64,000 nt of DNA, taken from Alteromonas sp. Lineage in GTDB: Bacteria; Margulisbacteria; Marinamargulisbacteria; UBA6595. A model generated the notes under the pieces. That model was not told the origin of the DNA. It worked only from the letters and a program-made list of their open reading frames with translations, and did not search any database. Positions 40,840-51,109 of this stretch are shown piece by piece (the stretch's first letter is position 1; each line of letters begins with the position of its first letter). The translations under genes and the position numbers were made by a program. The DNA lies in contig CAXPTH010000006.1 of NCBI GenBank assembly GCA_964220215.1, positions 59,757 to 123,756 of the forward strand, given 5' to 3'.

Positions 40840-41829
40840 TTATAATTGCATGGCCTGTTTAACTTCAGATACGGTTGCGGTGGCAACTGTGCGAGCCTGT
40901 TCAGCACCTGCATTCATTGTATCATGAATTTTTTGAGGCTGGTGACTGAGCCGCTGACGGGTGTCGTGAAATTCGGCCAATGTGTGATTTACCGCTTGGG
41001 CACACCGCGCTTTGCAATCCACACAACCGATGCGACCGGCCCGACAATCGACGGCTAACTGCTCGGATTCTGAGGCATCGTATAATTGTTGATAGGTAAA
41101 TACAGGGCAGTCTTCGGGGGTGCCGGGGTCATCCCGACGGATGCGTTTGGGGTCGGTCTTCATGCGTTTAATTTTTTGTGTGAGGGTATCGGGATCATCC
41201 GACAAATGAATGGTATTGCCGTGGCTTTTGGACATTTTTTCGCCGTCTAGGCCGGGCAATAGGGGGCTGTCCGTCAGGGTGGCTTCGGGGATGGGAAATT
41301 GTGCAACGCCATATAAATGATTAAAGCGACGGGCAATTTCACGGGTGAGTTCGAGGTGGGGGAGCTGGTCAGTGCCAACGGGAACGGCTTGGGCTTTGTA
41401 CAATAAAATATCGGCACTCATGAGCAAGGGATAGCCTAAAAACCCGTGGGTGAGCCATTCATGGCTCAGTTTGTCTTCTTTATCCTTAAAGCTGGGGGTT
41501 CGATGCAGCCATTGCAAGGGTGTGATCATGCTAAGTAGGAGATGCAATTCGGCATGCTGAGGCACGTCGGATTGATAAAATAGGCAGGCTTGTTCGGGGT
41601 CTATGCCCAGGGCGAGGAGGTCGAGAGCCATAGCGTAGCGGTAATTGGCCCGGGGGTCTTGAACATGGGCTTGGCTGGTTAGGGCATGAAAATCGGCAAT
41701 CATGAAAAAGGATCGATGGGTGTGTTGGAGGGATAACCAGTTTTTAATCGCACCATGATAGTTGCCCAAATGCAGAACACCGGATGGCTGAACGCCAGAA
41801 ACAAGAATCGGTTGATTGGACTTCATCAT
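40840..41829 (-). CDS. trpS: Tryptophan-tRNA ligase
   Basis: SGVQPSG.LHLGNY, YPLLMSADIL, KMSKS. Confidence 0.96.
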   Translation of the reverse strand: MMKSNQPILVSGVQPSGVLHLGNYHGAIKNWLSLQHTHRSFFMIADFHALTSQAHVQDPRANYRYAMALDLLALGIDPEQACLFYQSDVPQHAELHLLLSMITPLQWLHRTPSFKDKEDKLSHEWLTHGFLGYPLLMSADILLYKAQAVPVGTDQLPHLELTREIARRFNHLYGVAQFPIPEATLTDSPLLPGLDGEKMSKSHGNTIHLSDDPDTLTQKIKRMKTDPKRIRRDDPGTPEDCPVFTYQQLYDASESEQLAVDCRAGRIGCVDCKARCAQAVNHTLAEFHDTRQRLSHQPQKIHDTMNAGAEQARTVATATVSEVKQAMQL

Positions 41830-41861
41830 ACTCAATTTAGTATACACCGTTTGGATAGCAT

Positions 41862-44078
41862 TCAGCGAATGGAATTAGTATTGCGAAATGCAACGTGCAC
41901 GATTGCGGGTAAAATAATTAAATCGGATACCCAGGCTAAGGCAATAGCTAAGGAGGATAAGGCTCCAAATTTTTGCAACAAGACCAAGTCTGTTGTGGTA
42001 AAGGCTAAAAAACCAAGTATAAATAAGAATGATGTAACACAAATCGCACGGCCTACAACATGCAACGTTTTTTGAATATCACCGTAGGCATGGTAATGAT
42101 CCAATAAGTGTATGGTGTCATCCACGCAAATTCCTAAACTAATACTGGCAATTAATACCGAGGCAATGTCCATGGGGATTCCTAAGCCAATACCAATGGC
42201 TGCGGTCATTAAAATGGGCAATACATTTGGAATTGTTCCCAAGATGGCTAGCTTAATTCCAAAACAATACCATAAAATCAAAATAATAATTCCCAATGTT
42301 ATACCCAATGCGACACATTGTGTGCGAAGTATCGACACATTAACCCCATGAAAAACCATCGCTGTGCCGGTGGTGGTGAGGGTTGTTGATGGCGGTGGAA
42401 TAATTGTTGTTTGAATCCACTGAATTAAATCACGGGTTTCATCGGACGATAATTGTTTGGTGATACAAGATAACCGTGTTGTTGTATATGTGAAATCAAC
42501 ATAGGGGGATAACACATCACGTTGGTCGTCCCCCCGTGAAAATTCTAAAAACAATAACGATTGACTCAAATCTGATTGGGTTTCAGGCAAAGGGGATTCG
42601 GGTCCATGCAGTGCTGTATTGAGTAGCTGAAGGGGGTCTAACATGGTATTTACTTTTTGAATCAGTGGATGCGTCAATAATTGCTCACGAATGGTCTGAA
42701 TAGACGCCATGGAATCGATGGATCGAAATAAATCTTCAGTTGGGCTTTGAATCAAAATGTCCAGGTTTGAACTGCCCGATAATACCCGGTCAATATAATG
42801 CGTGTCTTGGTATATCTGGCTATGCTTTGGAAAGAAAATATCCAGCATGGCCGTTTGTGTTTTTAGCCCGGGAAGCGTGGCTACACACACCCCAATTGTG
42901 ACGAGGCTTCCCACAACAATGAATCGTGAATAACGGATGATCCAAGCATGCAATTGCTGAAACACCCAGCCAGGAGATGCATGGGCCGTTGAGGCTGAAA
43001 TTGGAATAATTCGAAGCAACCCAAACACAGTAATCATGCTGGCTCCATAGGCCCCCCATACAGCCACCATTGATGCCCGCCCCAACTGATACAAGGGCTG
43101 AATGTCGCTCCATGAAAACGAAATGAATCCAATGGCGGTTGTTAAAATGGTTAAAAAACAAGGACGCCACGTTTGGAGCCATACTGCAGTTAGACCGGGT
43201 TTTTTGGGCAATGCGACGGCGCTTTGATACTGATGTTGAGCAATAATATGAACCGTTGTGGCCGTCATAATAACTAAGACTAAAATGGGTAAAATGAGCA
43301 TTATCGATGTCATAGGATAATCCAACAGTGCAATGGTTCCAATCGTAGCGGTGAGGGCAGCAACAACGCTGGTGAGCACCACAAGGCTATAGCGTCGGAA
43401 TACAAGGCCAATGATGCACACAATGATTAGGATTAATCCAATGGATAGATGGCTTAGATTGTCGCGCGTTTCTTGATTAATGGCTTGTTGCATCAATGTA
43501 TTACCAGACCAATGCTGTTGGCCAAATGTGGGGTATTTTTGGATTGCGTCTTGTATCGATGTGATTAATTGCTGTTTATGATCGGTCGTGGCTTCTTTAG
43601 GAAAATCAGTGGTGACTTGCACCAAGGCTGTTGTATAGTCATGGCTAATAAACTGTGTGTAGTATGGTGTGGTGGCTAAATGCTCCGGAATTGAGTGAAT
43701 TCGCTTGTTGATCCAGGCATCGTAAACGGATTCTAGTATTAAGCTTGTATCGTCATTAATAATGGTTGTGACATCAAGCGGAGATTGAACAGTGGTGACA
43801 TGGGGAAGCGTGCGAATGTGCTTGGTAAAGTTGGCTAAGTTTTGTATGGTTTCTGGATTATCAAGGTCTTGATGTAGCGTGATGGCAATAGCAATTGTTT
43901 TATCCGATTCAAACGTATCCATTAATTCGGCATAAGTCTGCTGGTAAGGATGGGACGGGGCTAGCCAATCCGTGCTGTCAAACCGGATATGCTGACTGCT
44001 ATAAAATAAGAGACCTATCCATAGGACTAAGCCTATGATGGCGGTGACGTCAAATGCCTTAAAACGAATACGAGACAC
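41862..44078 (-). CDS. MMPL/RND family transporter
   Basis: Two TM bundles; TTAIGFISF, GICVDDTIH; probable GTG start at 44078 (ORF extends to 44153). Confidence 0.85.
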   Translation of the reverse strand: MSRIRFKAFDVTAIIGLVLWIGLLFYSSQHIRFDSTDWLAPSHPYQQTYAELMDTFESDKTIAIAITLHQDLDNPETIQNLANFTKHIRTLPHVTTVQSPLDVTTIINDDTSLILESVYDAWINKRIHSIPEHLATTPYYTQFISHDYTTALVQVTTDFPKEATTDHKQQLITSIQDAIQKYPTFGQQHWSGNTLMQQAINQETRDNLSHLSIGLILIIVCIIGLVFRRYSLVVLTSVVAALTATIGTIALLDYPMTSIMLILPILVLVIMTATTVHIIAQHQYQSAVALPKKPGLTAVWLQTWRPCFLTILTTAIGFISFSWSDIQPLYQLGRASMVAVWGAYGASMITVFGLLRIIPISASTAHASPGWVFQQLHAWIIRYSRFIVVGSLVTIGVCVATLPGLKTQTAMLDIFFPKHSQIYQDTHYIDRVLSGSSNLDILIQSPTEDLFRSIDSMASIQTIREQLLTHPLIQKVNTMLDPLQLLNTALHGPESPLPETQSDLSQSLLFLEFSRGDDQRDVLSPYVDFTYTTTRLSCITKQLSSDETRDLIQWIQTTIIPPPSTTLTTTGTAMVFHGVNVSILRTQCVALGITLGIIILILWYCFGIKLAILGTIPNVLPILMTAAIGIGLGIPMDIASVLIASISLGICVDDTIHLLDHYHAYGDIQKTLHVVGRAICVTSFLFILGFLAFTTTDLVLLQKFGALSSLAIALAWVSDLIILPAIVHVAFRNTNSIR

Positions 44079-45543
44079 CAAGGCTAAATCCACTAGATGG
44101 CTCCATAAGGTCTGTGGAATCAACATTCTCTGGTGTATCCAATTGATCATCAAAGTTTTGTGTATGATCTAAGGATACATACATGCGCCATGCATCATTA
44201 AATAAATGGGTATAATACAGGGCAGCTCCAAACCGAAGCCCAGGGGTCATGCCCGCATATAGTCCTAGTTGCCCGTTGTTTTCCTCAAAAAAGTAACGGG
44301 CAATATGCAAGCTTGGGGCAACATTCCCATTATCTCTTTCAATAGATTGCAGTTCATCTAGCTTAGCTTGTTGATCGGGGTCTATGGGCATTACAGAAGC
44401 AATATTAATTTCAAAAACACCCCAGTTTGGCTGGCTTTCTAGGCCAATACTGACAATATTAATACCGCTATCATAATGCAATTGGCTGTTATTATTGTTG
44501 ACTAAAAACTCACCAAGCGGGTTATCCCTATTTGAACTGAAAAACTCAACACTTTCTTGGTATTGTGCATGCAACAACTCGGATTTAAACAACCAAGATT
44601 CTGATAGTTTTAGGGTGTTTTCAAGTCCCACAGCTCGCATGGTGGATTGCTTAAATTCATCCACAGTAATTGTGTAGCCCAATGCATCGGAATTCGATGG
44701 TGTAAATGCTTTAATACTTCCTTTGGCAGTGGGATTGGTAAAGTTATTAATTCCTTCAAAGTAAGTGAGGCCAATACTTCCCCAATTGGGTGAATACACG
44801 GCTCGTAATGCGAACTGATTCTGATTTTGTTTTTCAAATTTAACTCGATTTCTAATAATTGTTTGATCATCTACAGGAAATTCATAATCGTCATTTGTCT
44901 GGGGTTCGATAAGGGAGGAAACGGGGGATTCTAAAATGTAATGAGCACTAAGGGTAATAGTGGGTTTGGGATACACGGTGGCTGTGATCATGTTTAACGG
45001 GTAGCGGTTGGACGCTTTTGTGATCCCAGTGCCGCGCGAATCCAATTTGTACGGCAATATGAAGTCAATCGGGGATAACAAGTTCATACTTCCCCATACT
45101 AAAATTTGTTTTCCCGCCGTAATACTTCCATATTTATAATTACTGCGTATGTAAGCTTCACGCAAATGAATTTTGGATTCAGTAGATTCACTTTCAATGG
45201 TTATTTTTCTATAGGTCTGGTTAGTATTGTCGTGTAAGCCAATCCTTCTGTATCGACGGTTATTAAACGCCTCGCCTTCGATAAACAGGTCGTATTGACT
45301 TAAGGATTCAGTGTAACTTAATCGAAAAACTTGGGTGTGCTTTTCGCGGTTTTCAGCCATAGCACTGTAAATAGCAATTTGGCCATAGAAGTGCTCGGCT
45401 AGGTAGGATGAATCGGTTTGCATGTAGTTATAATCAGGTGTGTAGGTGTTTGTGTTGTCAAATAAGCTATCTAAATCCTCGGCGATGGCGATGCTTCCCT
45501 TAACTATGATTAGGCTAATTAAAAACAAATAAAATCGTTTCAT
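44059..45543 (-). CDS. Secreted putative outer-membrane beta-barrel (DUF1302-like)
   Basis: Signal peptide, LREAYI...AGKQILVWG...SPIDF, C-terminal VSYSF. Confidence 0.7.
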   Translation of the reverse strand: MKRFYLFLISLIIVKGSIAIAEDLDSLFDNTNTYTPDYNYMQTDSSYLAEHFYGQIAIYSAMAENREKHTQVFRLSYTESLSQYDLFIEGEAFNNRRYRRIGLHDNTNQTYRKITIESESTESKIHLREAYIRSNYKYGSITAGKQILVWGSMNLLSPIDFILPYKLDSRGTGITKASNRYPLNMITATVYPKPTITLSAHYILESPVSSLIEPQTNDDYEFPVDDQTIIRNRVKFEKQNQNQFALRAVYSPNWGSIGLTYFEGINNFTNPTAKGSIKAFTPSNSDALGYTITVDEFKQSTMRAVGLENTLKLSESWLFKSELLHAQYQESVEFFSSNRDNPLGEFLVNNNNSQLHYDSGINIVSIGLESQPNWGVFEINIASVMPIDPDQQAKLDELQSIERDNGNVAPSLHIARYFFEENNGQLGLYAGMTPGLRFGAALYYTHLFNDAWRMYVSLDHTQNFDDQLDTPENVDSTDLMEPSSGFSLGVSYSF

Positions 45544-45554
45544 AGTGAAATATC

Positions 45555-46355
45555 CTACTTTAAGGACGCCGGACCTACATCATTATCGGATAAAGGCACA
45601 TTGGTTTGAATATCAGATAGCGATAGTTGCGTGTAACTACTGCGTTCATGATTAACCATGGTTGACTGCGTGACAATGTAGCCCCCATCAATGGCCTGAA
45701 CAGTATCATAAAATAAGGTTTTAAATCGACGTGCTCCGGTAGTGCTAGTTGCGTCTGCTTTGAAAAAAACAACTTGGGTTGGTACCCAGGTGGCCGTGTC
45801 AATTTTTGAGATAATATACGCATAGGGATCCTCAGAGTCTATGGGTATGCTTTTGATAATGGTGTGGGTGTCATCCGTTTTAAGTATGGTGTGAGCATCG
45901 GCATTAACATTGCGGCCACTCATGTCTGCATACGTAAAATCAGAACCCATAAAACTGTCGTTTTTTTGAGAACCTAAAATACGTTTAACTGATTTAAATG
46001 CGGGAAAATAAACCCATTGCTGGGTAGAATCGCTGCCAGACACATGCTCATCTCGAATACTTAATAAAGCAACACCAGATACATTGGCAGGCTCGTAAAA
46101 TTTTAGCAACGAACGGGTTTGATTGATTTCAGGATTGTGTTTTGAATAGCTTTTAAATTGCCGATACCGCTTTTTGTCTTTTTTGTTCACAATTTGCATG
46201 GCGACAACAGCTGTTTTTGTTTGATGATAATTGGATTGGCTGTGGACGCGCTGCATGACTTCTGTACCACTGAATTCAGCAACAGAAACGGTGTTACAAA
46301 CGGCCAGCCCAATGATGCATAAAAAAAATTGAAATAGTTTGTTCTTATTCTTCAC
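45555..46355 (-). CDS. Outer-membrane lipoprotein-sorting (LolA-like) protein
   Basis: FYEPANVSGVALL, QWVYFPAFKSVKRI, SFMGSDFTYADM. Confidence 0.85.
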   Translation of the reverse strand: MKNKNKLFQFFLCIIGLAVCNTVSVAEFSGTEVMQRVHSQSNYHQTKTAVVAMQIVNKKDKKRYRQFKSYSKHNPEINQTRSLLKFYEPANVSGVALLSIRDEHVSGSDSTQQWVYFPAFKSVKRILGSQKNDSFMGSDFTYADMSGRNVNADAHTILKTDDTHTIIKSIPIDSEDPYAYIISKIDTATWVPTQVVFFKADATSTTGARRFKTLFYDTVQAIDGGYIVTQSTMVNHERSSYTQLSLSDIQTNVPLSDNDVGPASLK

Positions 46356-46553
46356 TGCTACTCCCCCCTAAGTGGTCTATAATATTTAATTTTTTGAACT
46401 GAGTATTCATAAATTTGAACTATAAAATACAACAAAATTATATCAATAATTAGACTCTGTGTCAATGCTTCAAAAAAATATATAGTCGATAGTTCCATGG
46501 TACAGAGCGTGTTGGCAGTTGCAGATAATTTCGAAAATAATTATTATTTAAAA

Positions 46554-47522
46554 ATGGAATATAAAAGAGAACCTTTAATCAAAGGAATAACAAGTAACCT
46601 AGCGTTTTCTTCAAAAAGCACAGAATTAAAGAATATTATAGGATTATTTGATAGCAATAGAATTGCACAAGATTTTTTTGCTAAACTTTTTAGCTTAATA
46701 TTTGGGTATGGTAATTTAAACGAGCTAGATAAGTTAAATGATATTGTAAATTATCCTGCCATTGATTTAGGTGATGAAAATGCAAAAATCGCTTTCCAGA
46801 TTACAACTCAAACGGATGGAAAAAAAATCAAAGATACAATAAAGAAATTTATCAAAAATAAGCTATATAATAAATATAATCGACTAATTGTGTTTATAAT
46901 TGGTAAAAAACCCAACTATACAACAACTTTTGATACTAAAAATCTTTTTTCATTAGATATCTGGGATGATAGTTTTCTTATTAAAGAAATTGATAAACTG
47001 GATACAAAGAAGCTAGAAGAAATAAGCAATTTTCTTAAAGAATCTTTGCAAGACTATAGCTCTCCAGCTATTCTTACGGATGAGTGTATAAAAAGGTGTA
47101 TTCAAATTTTAAAAAGAGATTTTGGTAGCACAGATACATTAAAAACAACACTTAATACTCAAAGAGATGGTGATAATTTTATAGAAGACATCAAAAACCC
47201 CGCGAATAATTTATCATGGGAATTTTTTAAGGGAAACATCAGAGGTCATATACAATACAACGAGGATATTCTTAGTTTTTTAAGAGACCCTATAAATAAA
47301 GGTTTACAAAAAGAATATTTGGCGGTTTCACAAAATATTCAAGAGTTTTATAAAGCCCCCACTAATCGCTATAGTTCCTTTGAAAATGTTTTTAGGGATG
47401 TGTTTGGGAAATTAAACACTTACGAAGATGAAGGTATAGGTTTAGATACGAAGCTTAAAATCCTTCTTCATAATATGTATTTTAACTGTGATATTGGCCA
47501 TAACTCTATAAATAATGATTAG
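46554..47522 (+). CDS. SMEK-domain protein, ABC-3C/Lamassu effector (LmuA-like)
   Basis: FDSNRIAQDFF, NYPAIDLGD...FQIT...KIKDT; C-terminal LHNMYFNCDIG. Confidence 0.8.
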   Translation: MEYKREPLIKGITSNLAFSSKSTELKNIIGLFDSNRIAQDFFAKLFSLIFGYGNLNELDKLNDIVNYPAIDLGDENAKIAFQITTQTDGKKIKDTIKKFIKNKLYNKYNRLIVFIIGKKPNYTTTFDTKNLFSLDIWDDSFLIKEIDKLDTKKLEEISNFLKESLQDYSSPAILTDECIKRCIQILKRDFGSTDTLKTTLNTQRDGDNFIEDIKNPANNLSWEFFKGNIRGHIQYNEDILSFLRDPINKGLQKEYLAVSQNIQEFYKAPTNRYSSFENVFRDVFGKLNTYEDEGIGLDTKLKILLHNMYFNCDIGHNSINND

Positions 47523-47757
47523 AGTAACAAAGTACACAGATATAAGTCTTTCGGTTGTAGGAATTAGTGCTGAAATACTAAAAGTCCTGCAGGAAGATTG
47601 TGTTCAAAAATACAATCTTCTTTTAGGAAAGGTTATTAGTAGAAAAGGGAAGCAGGCGAAAGAGAACTTTTCTTTGGCATTAAGTTTTTTGTTTTTAATG
47701 GGTAAGATACAATACTACCAAAAAGAAGATGTCATTGAATTTTTAGGAAATAATTAA
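47515..47757 (+). CDS. ABC-3C middle component (LmuC-like)
   Basis: 80 aa, KYTDISLSV...ALSFLFLMGKIQY....D; sits between effector and ATPase. Confidence 0.75.
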   Translation: MIRVTKYTDISLSVVGISAEILKVLQEDCVQKYNLLLGKVISRKGKQAKENFSLALSFLFLMGKIQYYQKEDVIEFLGNN

Positions 47758-47761
47758 GCTT

Positions 47762-49546
47762 ATGAAACTTTCTAAAATATACGCAAATAATCTACAGTTT
47801 AAAACGATTACCTTCAATGAAGGATTTAATATTGTTTATGGCGATGTAGAGGACGTGGTAGATAAAACAACAAACAAGGTTCAGGAGCATAATTTAGGAA
47901 AAACATCTTTGATTAATCTTATCGACTTTTTACTTTTAAAAAAAGTATCGCAAGACACTATTTTTTCAAAATATAAAGAGAAATTTTCTAACTGGGTTTT
48001 CTTTTTAGAGATAAAACTCAATAATGGTGAATATTTAACTATTCGCAGAGCGGTAAACCCAAACACAAAAATATCATTTAAAAAACATCTTTCAAAAAAC
48101 CAGAATTTTACACACGAGGTGAATTGGGATCATGAAGATTTATCATTAACTTCAAAAGATGATAAAAAAAATGCTAAAAAGATTCTTGAAAAAAAGTATT
48201 TGAAATTTGATGTAAATACTGATTTCAATTACAGAAGTTTTTTACCGTATCTATTAAGAACCCAATATGATTATCAAAATGTATTCAGATTAAATAGATT
48301 TAGAGGAAAGGATAAGGATTGGAAACCAGCATTATTTCAATTATTGGGTTTTAATTCAAAGCTTTTACTAGATAAGTACGATCTTGATTTTGAAATAAAA
48401 GAGGAAAAAAAACACATCAAGAAACTAAAAAGTAAGCATGATGATTCAAGTAATGAGGTATATAAAATAAAGGCAGCCATTGAGGCGAAAGAAAATGAAA
48501 AGATAGGGATCCAAAAACAAATTGATTATTTTGATTTTTACCAAAAAGAAAAAAGCATCAATTTTGATTTAGTGAAACATGTGGAAAATGAGATATCAAG
48601 TCTTAACAAAGAAAGGTATGTGCTGGAACATAATATTGAAAAAATTCAACAATCTTTAGATTCAAAAAACAAACCATCTTTACAGATAGATGAAATTAAA
48701 AAGCTTTATGAGGAAGCAAAGATATTCTTCCCAGATAACCTTGCTAAAGACTACCAAGAAGTTATAGATTTCACCTCACAAATTACAACAGAAAGTGAAA
48801 AATATCTAAAAGATGAATTAGCGGAATTAAAAGAAGCGCACAATAAAAAGACAGAACGACTAAAGCAATTGAACAAAGAAAGGGGGCAAATGCTATCTGT
48901 TCTTAAAGAGAAAGATACATTTAAGAAATATAAAAAATATCAAGAGGATTTAGTAAAAATAGACAACGCAATTTATGCTTACCAATCTAAAATGGAAGGA
49001 ATAGAAACGATAGATAACTGCCAAAAATCCATCGATAAAACAAGAAATAAAATCAAAGAACATTCTCAATCTATTGAAGAAGAAATAAACAAAGATAATG
49101 CAGATTACCAAAAAATTAAAGACATATTCCAAAAGATATATAAAAAGACTTTTGAATTTACTCCTTTATTGGTTGTTGCGCCCAATAAAAATGGCAATGT
49201 TGAGTTTGAAACAGATGTATTAAATAAATTACAGAGTTTAACAGGAAAAGGTTATGGTTATACCTCTACAAAAATTCTATGTGCTAGTTTTGTTTTGGCT
49301 ATATTAATTCATTATTCAACTAAATCTTTCTTTAGATTTGCATATCATGACGGAATATTAGAAAGCTGGGGTGATAACCACAAAGTCCACTTTATAGAGC
49401 TTATTAGAAGCTATTGTAAAGAATTTGACATCCAGTATGTGATTAGCTTAATAAAAAGTGATATCCCACGAAATTTTAAAATAGAAAATCAGGAAATTAT
49501 CAGGACGTTATCTGGCGATGACCTTTTGTTTGGTTTTCAATTTTAG
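47762..49546 (+). CDS. DUF2326 SMC-like ABC ATPase (LmuB-like)
   Basis: Walker A HNLGKT, LLRTQYDY, long coiled coil, Walker B FAYHDGILE, LFGFQF end. Confidence 0.85.
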   Translation: MKLSKIYANNLQFKTITFNEGFNIVYGDVEDVVDKTTNKVQEHNLGKTSLINLIDFLLLKKVSQDTIFSKYKEKFSNWVFFLEIKLNNGEYLTIRRAVNPNTKISFKKHLSKNQNFTHEVNWDHEDLSLTSKDDKKNAKKILEKKYLKFDVNTDFNYRSFLPYLLRTQYDYQNVFRLNRFRGKDKDWKPALFQLLGFNSKLLLDKYDLDFEIKEEKKHIKKLKSKHDDSSNEVYKIKAAIEAKENEKIGIQKQIDYFDFYQKEKSINFDLVKHVENEISSLNKERYVLEHNIEKIQQSLDSKNKPSLQIDEIKKLYEEAKIFFPDNLAKDYQEVIDFTSQITTESEKYLKDELAELKEAHNKKTERLKQLNKERGQMLSVLKEKDTFKKYKKYQEDLVKIDNAIYAYQSKMEGIETIDNCQKSIDKTRNKIKEHSQSIEEEINKDNADYQKIKDIFQKIYKKTFEFTPLLVVAPNKNGNVEFETDVLNKLQSLTGKGYGYTSTKILCASFVLAILIHYSTKSFFRFAYHDGILESWGDNHKVHFIELIRSYCKEFDIQYVISLIKSDIPRNFKIENQEIIRTLSGDDLLFGFQF

Positions 49547-49597
49547 ATAGCCTATAGGTACAAATTGGATACACAAAACAATGATTCCTAACTGAGG

Positions 49598-51109
49598 TCA
49601 ATGCTTCAAAAACAACGCATAGGCGGGGTTGTCGGATTCTTCCTGAAACCAATACCCCAGCGTAGCGAGTGTTTCATCAAGCTGGGTATCGGTAGGGGTT
49701 GCCGCAAGCCCCACCAAGACACGGCCATACGCAGCCCCGTGGTTGCGGTAATGAAACAGGGTAATGGTCCATTGTGAACCCAAATGGGCTAAAAACTTGA
49801 GCAATGCGCCGGGCTTTTCCGGGAACCGAAACCGAAACAGACGTTCATGGGGTAAGGCCGTCTGCCCGCCAATCATGTAGCGAATATGCAGTTTAGCCGC
49901 TTCATTGTCTGTTAAATTCACAACCGTATAGCCACTGGCCGTTAAGGGGTCAATAATGGCCTCGGCCTGGCGTGTTCGAACGCCGACAAACACTTGGGCA
50001 CGCTCATTGTGGCTGTAACGGTAATTAAATTCAGTCACAACCCGTTTCCCAATCGCTTCACAAAACGATAAAAAGCTACCCGGCTGCTCCGGGATGGTGA
50101 CCCCCAAAATGGACTCGGTTTTTTCGCCAATTTCTGTGCGTTCTGCAATGTGTCGCAACCGATCAAAATTGGTGTTGGCTCCACAGGTAATGCCCACAAA
50201 CGTCTGATTCTGAGCGTGATGGGTTTGGATATAGCGTTTAATACCCGCAAGCGATAACGCCCCCGCCGGCTCCACAAGCACCCGTGTTTCCTCAAAATTG
50301 TCTTTAATGCTCGCACAAATTTCATCAACAGATACGGTAATAACGTGATCCACATGCTCTCGAATAATGCGGTAAGGCGCTTCGCCAATTTGTTTAACCG
50401 CAACACCATCTGCAAAAATTCCCACAGTGTCCAACGCCACGCGATGCCCGTGCGCCAAAGCCGCATGCAAGCAGGCCGACTCCTCAGATTCCACACCAAT
50501 AATACGGACTCCTGGATACCGATGCTTGATCGCCACAATCACGCCTGCAATGAGCCCGCCACCACCAACCGGAACAAACAGGCCATCCACCGTTGCCATG
50601 TCCATTTGGTCCATGATTTCCAGACCGATTGTGCCTTGTCCGGCAATAACCATGGGGTCATCATAGGGGTGAACATAGGTGTAGCGATGCTGATTGGCCA
50701 AATACAAGGCGTGTTGGTACGCCGTATCGTAATCATCCCCATGTAAAATGGCCTGGCCGCCTAAGGCTTGAACGGATTGAACTTTAATCGAGGGGGTGGT
50801 CTCCGGCATGACAATGTAGGCCGAAAGCCCTTGGTTTTGACACGCCAAGGCAACACCTTGGGCATGATTACCCGCTGAGGCAGTAATAATTCCGGCTTGT
50901 TTTTCAGCCTCGGATAAAGCCGCAATTTTCGCATAGGCCCCCCGGCATTTAAATGAAAACGTGGGTTGCGTATCTTCACGCTTAAAGAATAACCGATTGC
51001 CCAAGTGGCTAGACAACCGATGGGCGGGCATTAAGTCCGTGTATTTGGCCACATCGTATACCGATTGAGCCTGGCGCAACAGGGGTTGATACGATTGAAT
51101 TACGTCCAT
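49598..51109 (-). CDS. ilvA: Threonine ammonia-lyase, biosynthetic
   Basis: KREDTQPTFSFKCRGA, SAGNHAQG, FNYRY, LFHYRNHG. Confidence 0.96.
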   Translation of the reverse strand: MDVIQSYQPLLRQAQSVYDVAKYTDLMPAHRLSSHLGNRLFFKREDTQPTFSFKCRGAYAKIAALSEAEKQAGIITASAGNHAQGVALACQNQGLSAYIVMPETTPSIKVQSVQALGGQAILHGDDYDTAYQHALYLANQHRYTYVHPYDDPMVIAGQGTIGLEIMDQMDMATVDGLFVPVGGGGLIAGVIVAIKHRYPGVRIIGVESEESACLHAALAHGHRVALDTVGIFADGVAVKQIGEAPYRIIREHVDHVITVSVDEICASIKDNFEETRVLVEPAGALSLAGIKRYIQTHHAQNQTFVGITCGANTNFDRLRHIAERTEIGEKTESILGVTIPEQPGSFLSFCEAIGKRVVTEFNYRYSHNERAQVFVGVRTRQAEAIIDPLTASGYTVVNLTDNEAAKLHIRYMIGGQTALPHERLFRFRFPEKPGALLKFLAHLGSQWTITLFHYRNHGAAYGRVLVGLAATPTDTQLDETLATLGYWFQEESDNPAYALFLKH

